From Malacoraja senta (taxonomy: Eukaryota): a stretch of DNA of 64,000 nt. The first letter of the stretch is position 1. Each line of letters begins with the position of its first letter. The stretch is from positions 4,590,001 to 4,654,000 of the forward strand of contig CM075997.1 in the NCBI GenBank assembly GCA_038087875.1, written 5' to 3'. This document shows, one piece after another, positions 37,326-50,282 of the stretch. The notes beneath the pieces are model-generated. The model saw only the letters and a program-made list of their open reading frames with translations. It did no database searches and had not been told where the DNA came from. The position numbers and the translations under genes are program-made.

Positions 37326-38583
37326 CTCATACACCTACACCGATTCCCCTAGTTTATCCCAGAGTTGGGTAATCGAGAACCAGAGGACATAGGTTTAAGG
37401 TGAGGTGGGAAAGATTTAATGGGAACCTGAGGGGTAACCTTTTTACACACAAAGGGTGGTGGGTGTATGGAACGAGCTGCCGGAGGAGGTAGTTGAGGCT
37501 GGGACTATCGCACCGTTTAAGAAGCATTTAGACAGGTACATGGATAGGACAGGTTTAGCAGGATATGGGCCAAACGCACGCAGGTGGGACTAGTGTAGGT
37601 GGGACATGTTGGTCGGCATGGGCACGATGGGCCAAAGGACCTGCTTCCACGCTGTAAGACTCTATGGCTCTATGAGATCACCCCCCAGTAAAGTCCAATT
37701 AAAGATAGTGTGAGAGTCTCCAAGAAGGTAGATGGCTCGCTCTCAGGACCGCTCTGTACCTCACTGGTGACCCTCAAACTATCCTTGATCGGACTTTGCT
37801 GGCTTTACCTTGCACTGAAATTTATTCCCTTTTCATGTATCTGTACACTGTAAATGATCGATTGTAATCATGTATTGTCTTTCTGCTGACTGGTTAGCAC
37901 GCAACAGAAGCTTTTCACTGTACCTCGTTACACGTGACAATAAACTAAACTGAAACTGAACAAAACAAAACTAGTTGGTGATAGGATGCTTTATGCCCCT
38001 GTCCCACGGTACAGGTTCATTCCAAGAGCTCTCCCGAGTTTGCCCTGATTTACGGTAATGGCCACTCGTCGGTACTGGGGGCTCTCGTAGACATAGATGC
38101 AGGAAAAGTGTTCCCCATGTTGGGTGAGTCCAGAACCAGGAGTCACAGTTCAAGAATGAGGGGTCGGCCATTTTGGACTGAGATGAGGAAAAACCTTTTC
38201 ACCCAGAGAGTTGTGAATCTGTGGAATTCTCTGCCACAGGAGGCCAATTCACTGGATGTTTGCAAGAGAGAGTTAGATTTAGCTCTTAGGGCTAACAGAA
38301 TCAAGGGATATGGTGAGAAAGCTGGAACGGGGTACTGATTTTGGATGATCAGCCATGATCATATTGAATGCCGGTGGTGGCTCGAAGGGCTGAATGGCCA
38401 ACTCCTGCACCTATTTTCTATGTTTCAATGTTTTAAGATTAATTGGCTTCTATAAAAATTGTAAATCGTCCGTAGTGTGTGTAGGAATAGAGCTAGGGAT
38501 CGCCGGTTGGCGAGGGCTCGGTGGGCCGAAGGGCCTATTCCTGCACCTGTTTTCTCTGTTTATATGTTTCTGCTAATGGGTTA

Positions 38584-38832
38584 AGGGCCTGCCCCACTTT
38601 CCCGAGTTATTCACAAATTCTCGGGGCTATTTTTTCACTCGTGGACATTTGTGATCAGGCTGGAAAAAACGTCCCGACTTACCTGATGCCCCGAGTACCT
38701 ACGGCTGGCATAACGAGCCACTACGATATATCCACGGACTCCTACGGACTCGTTACGAACATTCTGCGAGTTTGAATCAAGGGGCAAACTCGGGAGAATT
38801 TGCGAATAACTCGGGAAAGCGGGACAGGGCCT
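38584..38832. mobile_element. PIF/Harbinger-type MITE, family D
   Basis: TIR AGGGCCTGCCCCACTTTCCCGAGTTATTC.CAAATTCTC; matching TTA/TTA TSD. Confidence 0.8.
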
Positions 38833-39658
38833 TTAGCATGCAAACACAACTTTTCACTGTACCTCGGTACATGGACAATGCACTAAAGTGAACAGAGATG
38901 ATGCCTGTCCCGCTGAGTTACTCCAGCACTTTGCGTGTATCTTCAGCGTAAACCAGCGTCTGCAGTTCCTTCCTACACACACACACACAGTCAGACTCCG
39001 CTGCGGATGAAGATGGGTGTTCCAGTGCGTTGGGGGAGAGGAAAGGGGCCCTGTATTCGCCCAGTGGAAGCCCAGGTGTGGTTTGACTGAAGACGAAACT
39101 CAATAGCAGCTGTGAAGTGACGGGATCTGCCGGAGAATAATTCACATTTTCAATAATTCTGTCATCTGCTTGGGAGTTGCAAAGAGCTGTATAATTAGGG
39201 ATAATGAAAAACACAAGTTCACCCACGCCCCCCTCCCCTCCCTCCTGTCCCCTCCTCCCCTGCCTGCTCCGAGATTCAGACACACTGCTCCAGCTCCAGC
39301 TACAGCTCCATTTTCTACACTTTTCACTTTATTACTTTAACGTGTGGTGAAATGGGCTTATTGGAAGCAGGTGTGTGTGGGGAGTGGGGAGTGGAGCCAA
39401 GCTTGGAGAGGCTTCGACCAAGGGCTGGGCCAGCCCGAGGTGGCGGCTTCCTGGGGACACATTAGGGCGGCGCGCGCATGGGGGGGGGGAAACCTACCCC
39501 GTTGCCAAGGACGGGAGAGGGGGGGGACAATCGCGCGGTCGCGCCAGGTCGCCATGGAGACACGGCATCGTCCCGTCCACTCCCGACCACAAAGACAGTG
39601 CAGGAAGGAACTGCAGATGCTGGTTTAAATGGAAGGGAGACAAAAAATGCCAGAGTTA

Positions 39659-39906
39659 AGGGCCTGTCCCACTTGGGCGTCATTTGCGCGTCATTTACGC
39701 GACATGATTTACGTGTCACGACGCACGACGCACGCGTGGTGACGGGCACGTGATGCGCGCATGGTATGCATTACGAGCGCATGGTGCGTGGTGACATAGG
39801 CAGTGACACGCGGTCGAGTGCGGCACCCCAGGATTTTGGGACGTTCAAAATCTTCGCGCGCCATCTTTGCGTGACGCGCAAATGACGCCCAAGTGGGACG
39901 GGCCCT
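39659..39906. mobile_element. PIF/Harbinger-type MITE, family C (CpG-rich), inserted in a Penelope-derived arm
   Basis: TIR AGGGCCTGTCCCACTTGGGCGTCATTTGCGCGTCA; flanks TTA/TAA. Confidence 0.8.
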
Positions 39907-40596
39907 TAACTCAGCGGGTCACTCAAGAGAACACAAGGAGAGGTTGGACAAACTCGGATTGTTTTCCCTGGAGCGTCGGAGGTTGAAGGGAGAACAAGAT
40001 AGGAGCGTAGCAAATTAGAGGAGGTTTAGATAGGGTCGACAGTCAGAACCTTTTTCCCCCAGGGTGACAATAGACAATAGACAATAGGTACAGGAGTAGG
40101 CCATCCGGCCCTTTGAGCCAGCACCGCCATTCAATGTGATCATGGCTGATCATCCCCAATCAGTACCCCATTCCTGCCTTCTCCCCATATCCCCTAATTC
40201 CGCTATTTTTAAGAGCCCTATCTAGCTCTCTCTTGAAAGTATCCAGAGAACCGGCCTCCACCGCCCTCTGAGGCAGAGAATTCCACAGACTCACAACTCT
40301 CTGGGTGGAAATGGAAATGTCAAAGACTAGAGGCCAGGAGCTGTGGAGCCGTACAGCATGGAAACAGGCCCTTCGGCTCATCTCGTGCCTGCCGACCATG
40401 ATGTCCCATCAACCGTACTCCCGCCTGCCCGCATTTGGTCCATGTCCCTCAAAACCTTTCCTACCCATGTACAGTCCGAGTGTCTTTTAAACATTGTTAT
40501 TGTATCTGCTTCAACTACCACCTCTAGATAGACACACACAGCTGGAGTAACTCCGCAGGTCAGACAGCATCTCTGGAGAAAAAACTGGATGATTTT

Positions 40597-40900
40597 CCAC
40601 TGAGTGAGTCCCACTGTAAATTGGAGGAGCAGCACCTCATATTTCGCTTGGGTAGTTTACACCCCAGCGGTATGAACATTGACCTCCAATTTCAGGTAGT
40701 CCCTGCTTTCTCCCTCTTTCCCCTCCCCTTCCCAGCTCTCCCACAGCCCACTGTCTCCGCCTCTTCCTTTCTTCTTCCGGCCCCCCTCCCAACCCCACAT
40801 CAGTCTGAAGAAGGGTCTCGACCCGAAACGTCACCTATTCCTTCGCTCCATAGATGCTGCCTCACCCGCTGAGTTTCTCCAGCATTGTCGTCTTCCTTCA
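40597..40900 (+). mobile_element. Penelope-like element 3' end: GIY-YIG C-terminus, 3' UTR and intact hammerhead motif (40805-40832)
   Basis: KLEEQHLIFRLGSLHPSGMNID followed about 105 bp after the stop by CTGAAGAAGGGTCTCGACCCGAAACGTCACC. Confidence 0.85.
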
Positions 40901-40904
40901 ATGT

Positions 40905-41216
40905 TTTTTAGTTTTAGTTTTAGAGATACAGCGCGGAAACCAGCTCTTTGTCCCACCAAGTCCGCGCCGACCAGCGATCCCCGCATATTTATCACCATCC
41001 TACACACACTAGGGACAACGTTTACATTTACCGAAGCAACTTTACCTCCATATCTGTACGTCTTTGGAGTGTGGGAGGAAACCGAAGATCTCGGAGAAAA
41101 CTCACGCAGGTCACGGGGAGAACGTGCAAACTCCACACAGACAGCACCCGTAGTCGGGATCGAACCCGGGTCTCGCTGTAAGGCAGCAACTCGACCGCTG
41201 CGCCACCATGGCCGCC
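40905..41216 (-). mobile_element. tRNA-derived SINE (HE1-like)
   Basis: Reverse-complement head and tail as in the other copies. Confidence 0.85.
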
Positions 41217-42014
41217 CCATGTTGTCATGCACTGAGATGTACATGACTTCAGACCCACCTCTGCGGTTGGGCCCTGATGTTCTGCGACCCTCACTTGAAA
41301 CTGAAAACAAACGCTGGTGATTCCCAGGTGTGGAGAGTTAGAGACCAAGTTTTAATGATGATCATGGCGTGGGACTTGACGCTACAGGCCTGCGCTTGGT
41401 CATCAGGGTGGTGAATCTGTGGAATTCATTGCCACAGACGGCTGTGGAGGCCAAGTCAACGGATATTTTTAAGGCAGACAAAAATGCTGGAGAAACTCGG
41501 CGGGTGAGGCAGCATCTGTGGAGCGAAGTTAGATAGGATCTTGATTGGTACGCGTGTCAGAGGTTCTGGAGCGAAGGCAGGAGAATGGGGTGAAGAGGGA
41601 GAGATCGATCAGCCATGATTGAATGGCGGAGTAGACTTGATGGGCCGAATGGCCTAATTCTGTCCCAGAACATATGAACATGAACTAAGCTGATTTGAGA
41701 TTGATTTTTCAGTTGTTTTCTTCCCAGCTGTTATCAGGCAACTGAACCATCATATCACTAACTAGAGAGCGGTCCTGAGCTCCCAGCTACCTTATTGGAG
41801 ACCCTCGAATTAGCTTTAACTGTTCGTAACTGGACTGTATCTTGCATTAAACATTATACCCTTTATCCTGTATCTGTACACTGTGGACGGCTCGATTGTA
41901 ATCATGTATTGTCTTTCCGCTGACTGGATGGCAGGCAACGAAAGCTTTTCACTGTACCTCGTTACACGTGACAATAAACTAAACTAAACTAATCAAAAAC
42001 TAAACTAAACTAGA

Positions 42015-42307
42015 GGCGGCACGGTGGCGCAGCGGTAGAGTTGCTTCCTCACAGCGCCAGGGACCCAGGTTCGATCCTGACTACGGGCGCTGTCTGTACG
42101 GAGTTTGTACGTTCTCGACGTGACCTGCGTGGGTTTTCTCCGAGATCCTCCGTTCACTCCCACGCTCCAAAGACGTACAGGTGTGTAGGTTAATTGGCTT
42201 GGTAAATGTAAATTGTCCCTAGTGTGTGTAGGGTGGTGTTAATGTGCGGGGATCGCTGGTCGGTGCGTCGAAGGCCCAATGTTCGCACTGTATCTATAAA
42301 CTAAACT
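42015..42307 (+). mobile_element. tRNA-derived SINE (HE1-like), full length
   Basis: Box A TGGCGCAGCGG, box B GGTTCGATCC and (TAAAC)n tail. Confidence 0.85.
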
Positions 42308-42669
42308 AGGCTTAGCTAAACTAAACTGACACACACTAGGGACAATTTACTGTGAGGCAGCAACTCTACCGCTGCGTCACCGTGAAGCCCCACGCGCCAT
42401 CTCACACTTGGTCAGAAGTGAGCAGGCAATGTGGGCAGGATTGGTATAAAAATGACAGCTCGATGGTTAGTGTGGACTAGGTGGGCCGAAGGGCCTGTTA
42501 CGGTGCTGCATGGTGTCACCAACTACTTGGTGTTATTTAGAAACTCGTGAAGTGCCTCTAATATTGTAAAATGTCTGAAATCACTTCATTATAAGTCTTA
42601 AAAGATAATTTGATTATGGTGTGCGTGTGATTTATAGCATGGCCTTAGTGGGAGGTTTGAAAGGAGGTA

Positions 42670-42960
42670 GAGGGAGTGAGGGAGGGAGAGGGAGGGAGAG
42701 GGAGAGGGAGAGAGAGAGGGAGAGAGAGGGAGAGGGAGTGGGAGAGGGAGAGGGAGAGGAGGAGAGAGAGAGGGAGGGAGAGAGAGAGGGAGAGAGAGGG
42801 AGAGAGAGAGGGAGAGATGGAGAGAGAGAGGGATAGGGAGAGAGAGGGAGGGAGAGGGAGAGGGAGAGAGAGAGGGAGAGAGAGGGAGAGGGAGTGGGAG
42901 AGGGAGAGGGAGAGGAGGAGAGAGAGAGGGAGTGAGGGAGAGAGAGAGGGAGGGAGAGGG
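42670..42960 (+). repeat. Polypurine (GA/GGA) tract containing an internal duplicated block
   Basis: About 290 bp almost purely G/A; the block gggagtgggagagggagagggagaggaggagag occurs twice. Confidence 0.95.
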
Positions 42961-43447
42961 ACAAAACCCACACAGGTTATGGGGAGAATGTACAAACTCC
43001 GTACAGACAGCACCCGTAGTCAGGATCGAACCCGGATCCCTGGCGCTGTGAGGCAGCAACTCTACCGCTGCGCCACCGTGCCGAACAATTTAAAAAACAT
43101 TTAAAAATCTCGCTGTGCATAACTTGTCCGCCATCTTCACAAGCTCATACCTGCGGCAACGATGTGAGCAGCGCCTCGTTGACTGAGGACCTGCGATATG
43201 TCCTCTGGTGCTACGTAAATGCAAGATCCTGCAATTTAAAGATGTGTTAATACCCAAATAAAAATAGTAGCCTGTAAATGTCACAACTGCCTTGCATGTT
43301 CGTTTGTTAATATCTACGTGGGTTCCTTGCTGTGTTTAACCCTGGTGAGCTGCATGTGGCAAGTCTCAGAGGACCATGGCGTCACGGTGACATGGCGGGG
43401 GAGTCGCTGCGCCACCGTGCCGCCCTTCTTGCCCAATCAATGCTTTA

Positions 43448-43958
43448 AGGGCCTGTCCCACTTGGGCGACCTAATCCGTGAGTTCTGGCGAGTTTGCCCT
43501 CGACTCATACTCGCAGCATGGTCGACACAAGGTTGTAGGAGGTCTTCGTAACTCTCCTTCATGCTCGAGAGTAGTCCCCGCGTACTCGAGGCCTCAGCTA
43601 GGCCGCGGCGTATTTTTCAACATGTAGAAAAATGCCCGCGAGTAAAAAAAGGTCGCCATGGAAAAAATCGATACATTTTTTACTCGTAGATTTAGTCGTA
43701 GTAGGTCGTAGTAGGTCAGCATGTTAGTCGCAGGTAATCGAGGGTAATCGAAGGTAGTCGTAGATAGTCTTCAACATAGTCGAAGGGAGGTTGAAGGGAG
43801 GTCGTCTTCACTCTCCACTATTCGGGGTCCAATTTTCCCGAAGTTAGTCGTAGCTAGTCGTAGCTGGTCTTCAACATAGTCGAAGGAGGTCTTCAACATG
43901 TCATTTTTTCAAACTCTTCTAAACTCGCCAATTAGGTCTCCCAAGTGGGACAGTCCCT
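43448..43958. mobile_element. PIF/Harbinger-type MITE, family E
   Basis: TIR AGGGCCTGTCCCACTTGGGCGACCTAAT; flanks TTA/TCA; internal AGTCGTAG/AGTCGAAGG repeats. Confidence 0.8.
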
Positions 43959-46900
43959 TCAGGTTTAAGTTCAGGTTTATTGTTGCCATGTGAAAAGTTT
44001 AGTTTAGAGATACAGCGCGGAAACAGGCCCTTCGGCCCAAGAGTCCATGCCGACCAGCGATCACCATATACTAGCACTGCCCTACATACTAGGGACAATT
44101 AAAGATAGCCTCCAAGGAGGTAGATGGCTCGCTCTCTAAACACCTGGAGCTTGCAAGCTATTCAAACAAATCAGATCATATCGTACATAAATATATTTAA
44201 GTCAAACGCAAGTATAATAGGTAGAGCAAAGGGAAAGATACAGAGTGCAGAATGTAGTTCTCAGCATTGTAGCGCATCAGTTCCACAGACATGGTGACGC
44301 AGCGGTAGAGTTGCTGCCTCACAGTGCCAGAGACCCGGGTTCGATCCTGACTACGGGTGCTGTCTGTCCGGAGTTTGTACGTTCTCCCCGTGACCTGCGT
44401 GGGTTTTCTCCGGGTGCTCCGGTTTCCTCCCAATTGGCTTGGTATAAATGTCAATTGTCCCTGGTGTGTGTAGGATAGTGTGAGTGTGCGGGGATCGCTG
44501 GTCGGTGAGGACTCGGTGGGCCGAAGGGCCTGTTCCGGGGAATGTGCGAACATCTTTGGAAGTCGGAGTGGCTTCATAAATGTTCTGACAGTATCTTCTG
44601 TGGTCACCTCACAGCCGAACTCAACTAAATAACCGAATCTCTAAACTAAACTAAATTGCTGCATGCAGGTGCCAAAGGGAGTCCTGGGTTTAACTGGAAA
44701 AATACTGAAAAAACCTTCCAATGAAACAAGCCTCATTTTTATAATCTATTCCGCCTCTTTTTATTCCAACAACACTCAAACACAGCCTGACCCAGGGTCT
44801 CAAATAAACACACAAACTCCGTAAGGACTTGAAAACTACAGCTCGATAAATGCTCATCAAATAGCAAACACTCCCTATTGAAACTAGCTCATAATGTTAC
44901 AGTTAAACTAAGGCGTTGGTGGGGCTGCAGTTGGAGTGTTGTGTTCACTTTTGGTCGCTCTCATATAGAGAAGGATGCTGTTAATTTGGAAAAGGGTGCA
45001 GAGAGTTAAGAGGATTTTGCCAGGAATTATCGAGGGCATGAGCTCAGTCACGGTGGCGCAGCGGTAGAGTTGCCGCCTTGCAGCGAATGCAGCGCCGGAG
45101 ACCCGGGTTCGATCCCGATTACGGGTGCTGTCTGTACAGAGTTTGTACGTTCTCCCCTTTTAGAATAAGTGGTAAGCCATTTAGAACGGAGATGAGGAAA
45201 CACTTTTTCTCACAGAGAGTGGTGAATCTGTGGAATTCTCTGCCTCAGAGGGCGATGAAGGCAGGATCTCTGGATACTTTCAAGAGAGAGCTAGATAGGG
45301 CTCTTAAAAATAGCGGAGTCAGGGGATATGGGGAGAAGGCAGGAACGGGGTACTGATTGGGGATGATCAGCCATGATCACATTGAATGGCGGTGCTGGTT
45401 TGAAGGGCCAAATGGCCTACTCCTGCACCTATTGTCTATTGTCTATTGTGATTCTTCTCCAAGATCTTCAGTTTCCCCCCACATTCCAAAGGCGTACAGG
45501 TTTGTAGGTTAATTGGCTTGGTATATGTAAAAAACAAAGAAATTGTCCCTAGTGTGTGTAGGGTAGTGTTAATGTGTGGGGAGTCGCTGGTCGGCGCGGA
45601 CCCGGTGGGCCGAAGGGCCTGTTTCCGTGCTGTATCTCTAAACTATAGGGAGTTGGGGCAGGCTCGGACTTTATTCATTGGAGGGCAGGAGGCTGAGGGG
45701 TGATCTCATAGAGGTGTATAAAATCATGAAGGGAATAGATAGGGTGACTGCACAGAGTCTTTTACTGAGAGAGAGAGTCAAAAACCAGAGGACATAGGTT
45801 TAAGCTGAGAGGGGACAGATTTAATAAGAACTTGAGGGGCAACTTTTTCACACAAAGGTGGTGGGTTTTTGGAACAAGCTGCCAGAGGAGGTAGTTAAGG
45901 CAGGTAGGACAATATAACAATATTTAAAAGACATTTGGACGGGTACATAGATAGGAAATGTTGAGAGGTTTTTTGGCCAAACACAGGCAGGTGGGACTTA
46001 CATTCATGTTCATAAGGGATAGGAGCAGAATTAGGCCATTTGGCTCATCAAGCCTTCTCCGCCATTCAATCATGGCTGATTGAATCCATCTTTCAATCTT
46101 AACCCCATTCTCCTGCCTTCTCCCCATAGCCTTGGTTGGCATGGGCAAGTTGAGGAAGGTTGAGAGGGATATGGGCCAAAGGCGGGCAGGGTGAGACTAG
46201 CGTGGTGGGGCATCTAGGTTGGCATGGGCAGGTTGGGCCGAAGGGCCTGTTTCCCTGCTGTATGATTCTATGTGCTGAGTTCAAAATAAGGCAAGCAGCC
46301 CACCAGTTCAGTTGTCATAAATGATAGCAGCAGAATTAGGCCATTCGGCCCATCAAGTCAACTCCGCCATCCAATCATGGCTGATCTATCTTTCCCTCCT
46401 AACCCCATTCTCCTGCCTTCTCCCCAAAACCCCTGACACCCGCACTAACCAAGACAATAGACAATAGACAATAGGTGCAGGAGTAGGACATTCGGCCCTT
46501 TGAGCCAGCACCGCCATTCAATGTGGTTCAAGAATCTGTCTGTCTCTGCTTTAGTGGCGATCTGTGCTTTCGACTGTGGTGTGCCTCTGTTCTCTCTGCA
46601 AACCCAGCGAGCATTGAGAAAGATTTGCAGCGATGTATTGAGTTAGGCTGGAATGCAGCACCCTAATTCGACATTAAGCGACGGATTGACGGCGAGGTTT
46701 GGTCGGTCCTCGGGCAAGAGGGGCTGCTGAGTTTGGCCGGCGATTGGCCTCGGTCAATTCCAGTCTGAGGGCTTCAAATCGTTGGAGGCCTCGGTGATTG
46801 TGAACAGAACAGAAATGCCCCCCCTAATTGGCACCATCTTTCAGTATTCTCGCTTTGGCCGAGCGAGGTTTTCTTGGCGAGCAAAATGCTTTTCAAGATG

Positions 46901-47387
46901 AGGTCATCCTTTCTCGAGCTGAAATCTCATTTGAATTGTGAGGCAATTGTTTGTGGTGGTCTGCGTCTTGTGAAAGGGGCCAGGTTTTGGGATGTTGGGA
47001 GAGTCTTACTGACAAGTTAGAAGCACTAACACTGTTGTTCTGATTTATACCTCGATGCGGCCCTATGTCATATCAAAGGCCTCATCAGATCACTTGGTTA
47101 AATGCAAACCACACTCCGTACTCCAACTTTATACATTCACCACCTCCCTCTCCGAGGTTTACGTTAACCATTTCAGCACCACTCTGTATCAGTTTGCTTC
47201 TCTTAGTTTAGTTCCGAGACGCAGCGCGGAAGCAGAGGCCCTTCGGCCCACTGGGTCCGCGCCGACCAGCGATCCCCGGACACTTACACTACCCCACACA
47301 CACTAGGGGCCATTTTCAATTTTGACCAAAGCCAATTAACCTGTACGTTTGTGAAGTGTGGGAGGAAACCGGAGCACCCGATTGTTA

Positions 47388-47760
47388 CCAGATTGTTAAG
47401 GGCTTGGACGCACTAGAGGCAGGAAACATGTTCCCGATGTTGGGGGAGTCCAGAACCAGGGGCCACAGTTTAAGAATGAGGGGTAAGCCATTTAGAACGG
47501 AGAGGAGGAAACACTTTTTCTCACAGAGAGTGGTGAGTCTGTGGAATTCCCTGCCTCAGAGGGCGGTGGAGGCAGGTTCTGTGGATGCTTTCAAGAGAGA
47601 GCTAGATAGGGCTCTTAAAGATAGCAGAGTTAGGGGAGATGGGGAGAAGGCAGGAACGGGGTACTGATTGGGGATGATCAGCCATGATCACATTGAATGG
47701 CGGTGCTGGCTCGGAGGGCCGAATGGCCTACTCCTGCACCTATTGTCTATTGTCTATTGT
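47388..47760 (+). mobile_element. CR1/HER1 LINE 3' fragment nested in a SINE (47203-47890, -)
   Basis: ORF 47356..47667; the SINE is split at ggagcaccc|...|cacccagagaaaa. Confidence 0.85.
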
Positions 47761-48597
47761 CACCCAGAGAAAACCCACGCAGGTCACGGGGAGAACGTGC
47801 AAACTCCGTACAGACAGCACCGTAGTCAGGATCGAACCCAGGTCTCTGCTGCTGTGAGGCAGTAACTCTACTGCCGCGCCACCGTGCCGCACTTCTCGTC
47901 CAATCAGTGTTTTAGGCTTAAGTTTAGGCCTATTGTTGTCACATGTACCGAGGTCCAGTGAAAAACTTAGTTTTGCAAGTTTAGTTTTGTTTCGAGAGAG
48001 AGTGTGGAAACAGGCCCTTCGGCCCACTGAGACCAGTGATCCCCAGATACTAGCTCTATCCTACACACTAGGGACAATTAACAATTTTTTGCCAAAGCCA
48101 ATTAACCTACAAACCTGGAGCTTGCAAGCTATTTAAACAAATCAGATAACACCATACATAAATATATTTAAGTCAAACTCAAGTACAATTGGTAGAGCAA
48201 AGGGGAAGATACAGAGTGCAGAATATAGTTCTCAGCATCGTAGCTCATCAGTTCCATAGACATGGTGGTGCAGCGGTAGAGTTGCTGCCTCACAGCGCCA
48301 GAGACCCGGGTTCGATCCTGACTACGGGTGCTGTCTATACGGAGTTTGCACGTACTCCCCGTGGGTTTTCCTCCAACATCTTCGGTTTCCTCCCGCACTC
48401 CAAAGGCGTGCAGGTTTGTAGGTTAATTGGCCTGGTGTAAATGTAAATTGTCCCTAGTGTAGGATAGCGTTAATGTGTGGGGATCGCTGGTCGGTGTGGA
48501 CTTGGTGGTCTGAAGAGCCTGATTCCCCGCTGTATCTCTAAACTAAATAAACAAACCTAAACACAGCTGAGCAAAACCTGTCTCAATGTGATGTGGG

Positions 48598-48819
48598 TAG
48601 ACAAAAATGCTGGAGAAACTCAGCGGGTGAGGCAGCATCTATGGAGCGAAGGAATAGGTCTCGACCAGAAACGTCACCTATCCCTTCGAAGAAGGGTCTC
48701 GACCCGAAACGCCACCTATCCCTTCGCTCCATAAATGCTGCCTCACCCGCTGAGATCCTCCAGCATTTTTGTCCACCTTTGATTTTTTTTCCAGCATCTG
48801 CAGTTCCTTCTTAAACACA
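48598..48819. mobile_element. Fold-back Penelope-derived element with tandem hammerhead pieces
   Basis: Inverted arms; TSD-like GATGTGGG at 48590-48597 and 48820-48827. Confidence 0.8.
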
Positions 48820-50282
48820 GATGTGGGGATGATACTGAACGGGAAGAGAAGTGGTATAAAGCAAGAAAATCAGCTCTGAGAGAGACTTCTCTCCATAAAA
48901 GCTGCCCGACCTACTGAGTATTTACAGTACTTTTTAAAATTTCAGCTTTCCAGCAAATGCAATTTTTAAAAATTGCATATAAATATTATTTTTAATTGCA
49001 TTTATAGTGGAAGAGGTGTACTGCATTGCAGAATGCAAGGTGTAGCTATCAGAATTGGTGTTTAGATTAGATTAGATTAGTTTAGTTTAATTTAGTTTAA
49101 TTTAGTTTAGTTTAGTTTGAATTAGTTGAGTTGAGTTGAGTTTAGTTTGGAGATACAGCATGGAAACAGGCCCTTCTTGATTAGTGCGGGTGTCAGGGGT
49201 TATGGGGAGAAGGCAGAATGGGGTTAGGAGGGAGAGATAGATCAGCCATGATTGAATGGCGGAGTAGACTTGATGGGCCGAATGGCCTAATTCTGCTCCT
49301 ATCCCTTGTGACCAAAAACGCCGTCAGCTCCGGCCCCCCCCCCCAGCGCTGTGCGTGGGATCTTGCCATGCGGTTTACCCTGAGCGGTGGTGCTGGAAGT
49401 GCTTCTATCGACACTCAGCCACTGCAAAGCGAGCGAGCGAGTTCCTGTGGTTCTTAATGTACATTTATTGACGCAGTTAAGAAAAATGATGAGGCCGTCC
49501 ACCGTTGACAATTCCCCGAGTCCTTGCCAAAAATGGTCCCACCTGTTGAACCTTTGCGTTCCAGGCCAGGGAGGCAGCCTGCTGCACCGGGTCCAAGCTC
49601 ATCAATCATCCCCACTGCTCAATTCAACCCAAAATAAGTTGCTACATTCCACGCAATGGTCGGCCTTCACTGAGTGATGGCGGGCTGTGAAGCAATGCTG
49701 TTTGGCTGTGCTTTGCATATATTTCCTGAGCTCATCTCACCCCCCCCCCCCCCCCGCCCTCTACACTGACGAATATTTTATGCATAGCTCTCAGGTTCAA
49801 AGGCTACGAGAGGGAAATGTGGCTTTGATTTGGAGTCACAGAGTCACAGAGTGATACAGTGTGTAAACAGGCCCTTCGGCCCAACTTGCCCACACGGGCC
49901 AACATGTTGCAGCTACACTAGCTACACAACTGCGCTAGATTTGATGCAGAGCAGCGGCACAGCTGGGAGAGACACTGGCTCACACCGCCACAGGCCCGGG
50001 TTTGATCCTGGCCGCGGGTGCTGTGTGTGTGTGTGTTTAGTTTAGCTTAGCTTAGCTTAAAGGTACAGCAGAGGAACAGGCCCTTCATCCCACCGGGTCC
50101 GCGCTTACCAGCGATCCCCGTTCACTCTGTTATCCCAGTTTCATAAATTATAGGAGCAGAATTAGGTCATTCGGCCCATCAAGCCTACTCTGCCATTCAA
50201 TCGTCGCTGATCTATCTCTCCCTCCTAACCCCATTCTCCTGCCTTCTCCCCATAACCTCGAACACCTTTGTGAAGAAAGTGA

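Noticed and set aside
39656..39909. piggyBac/Kolobok assignment from TTAA flanks
   Set aside because: Only this copy shows TTAA on both sides; the other copies with the same TIR core fit T-N-A flanks, so Harbinger-type is preferred, though the superfamily remains an inference.
42598..43104. RE-rich and SLSL/PLPL ORFs (also 117-482, 13959-14315, 62558-62917)
   Set aside because: Products of GA/CT simple repeats.
43150..43210. Possible 60-nt minus-strand exon (tag|CACCAG...CCGCAG|gtatga)
   Set aside because: No recognisable peptide or partner exons, and the region resembles a decayed ancient elasmobranch repeat (cttgcattta..tagcacc...atggcggacaa.ttatgcacagc), which also appears near 29105-29190.
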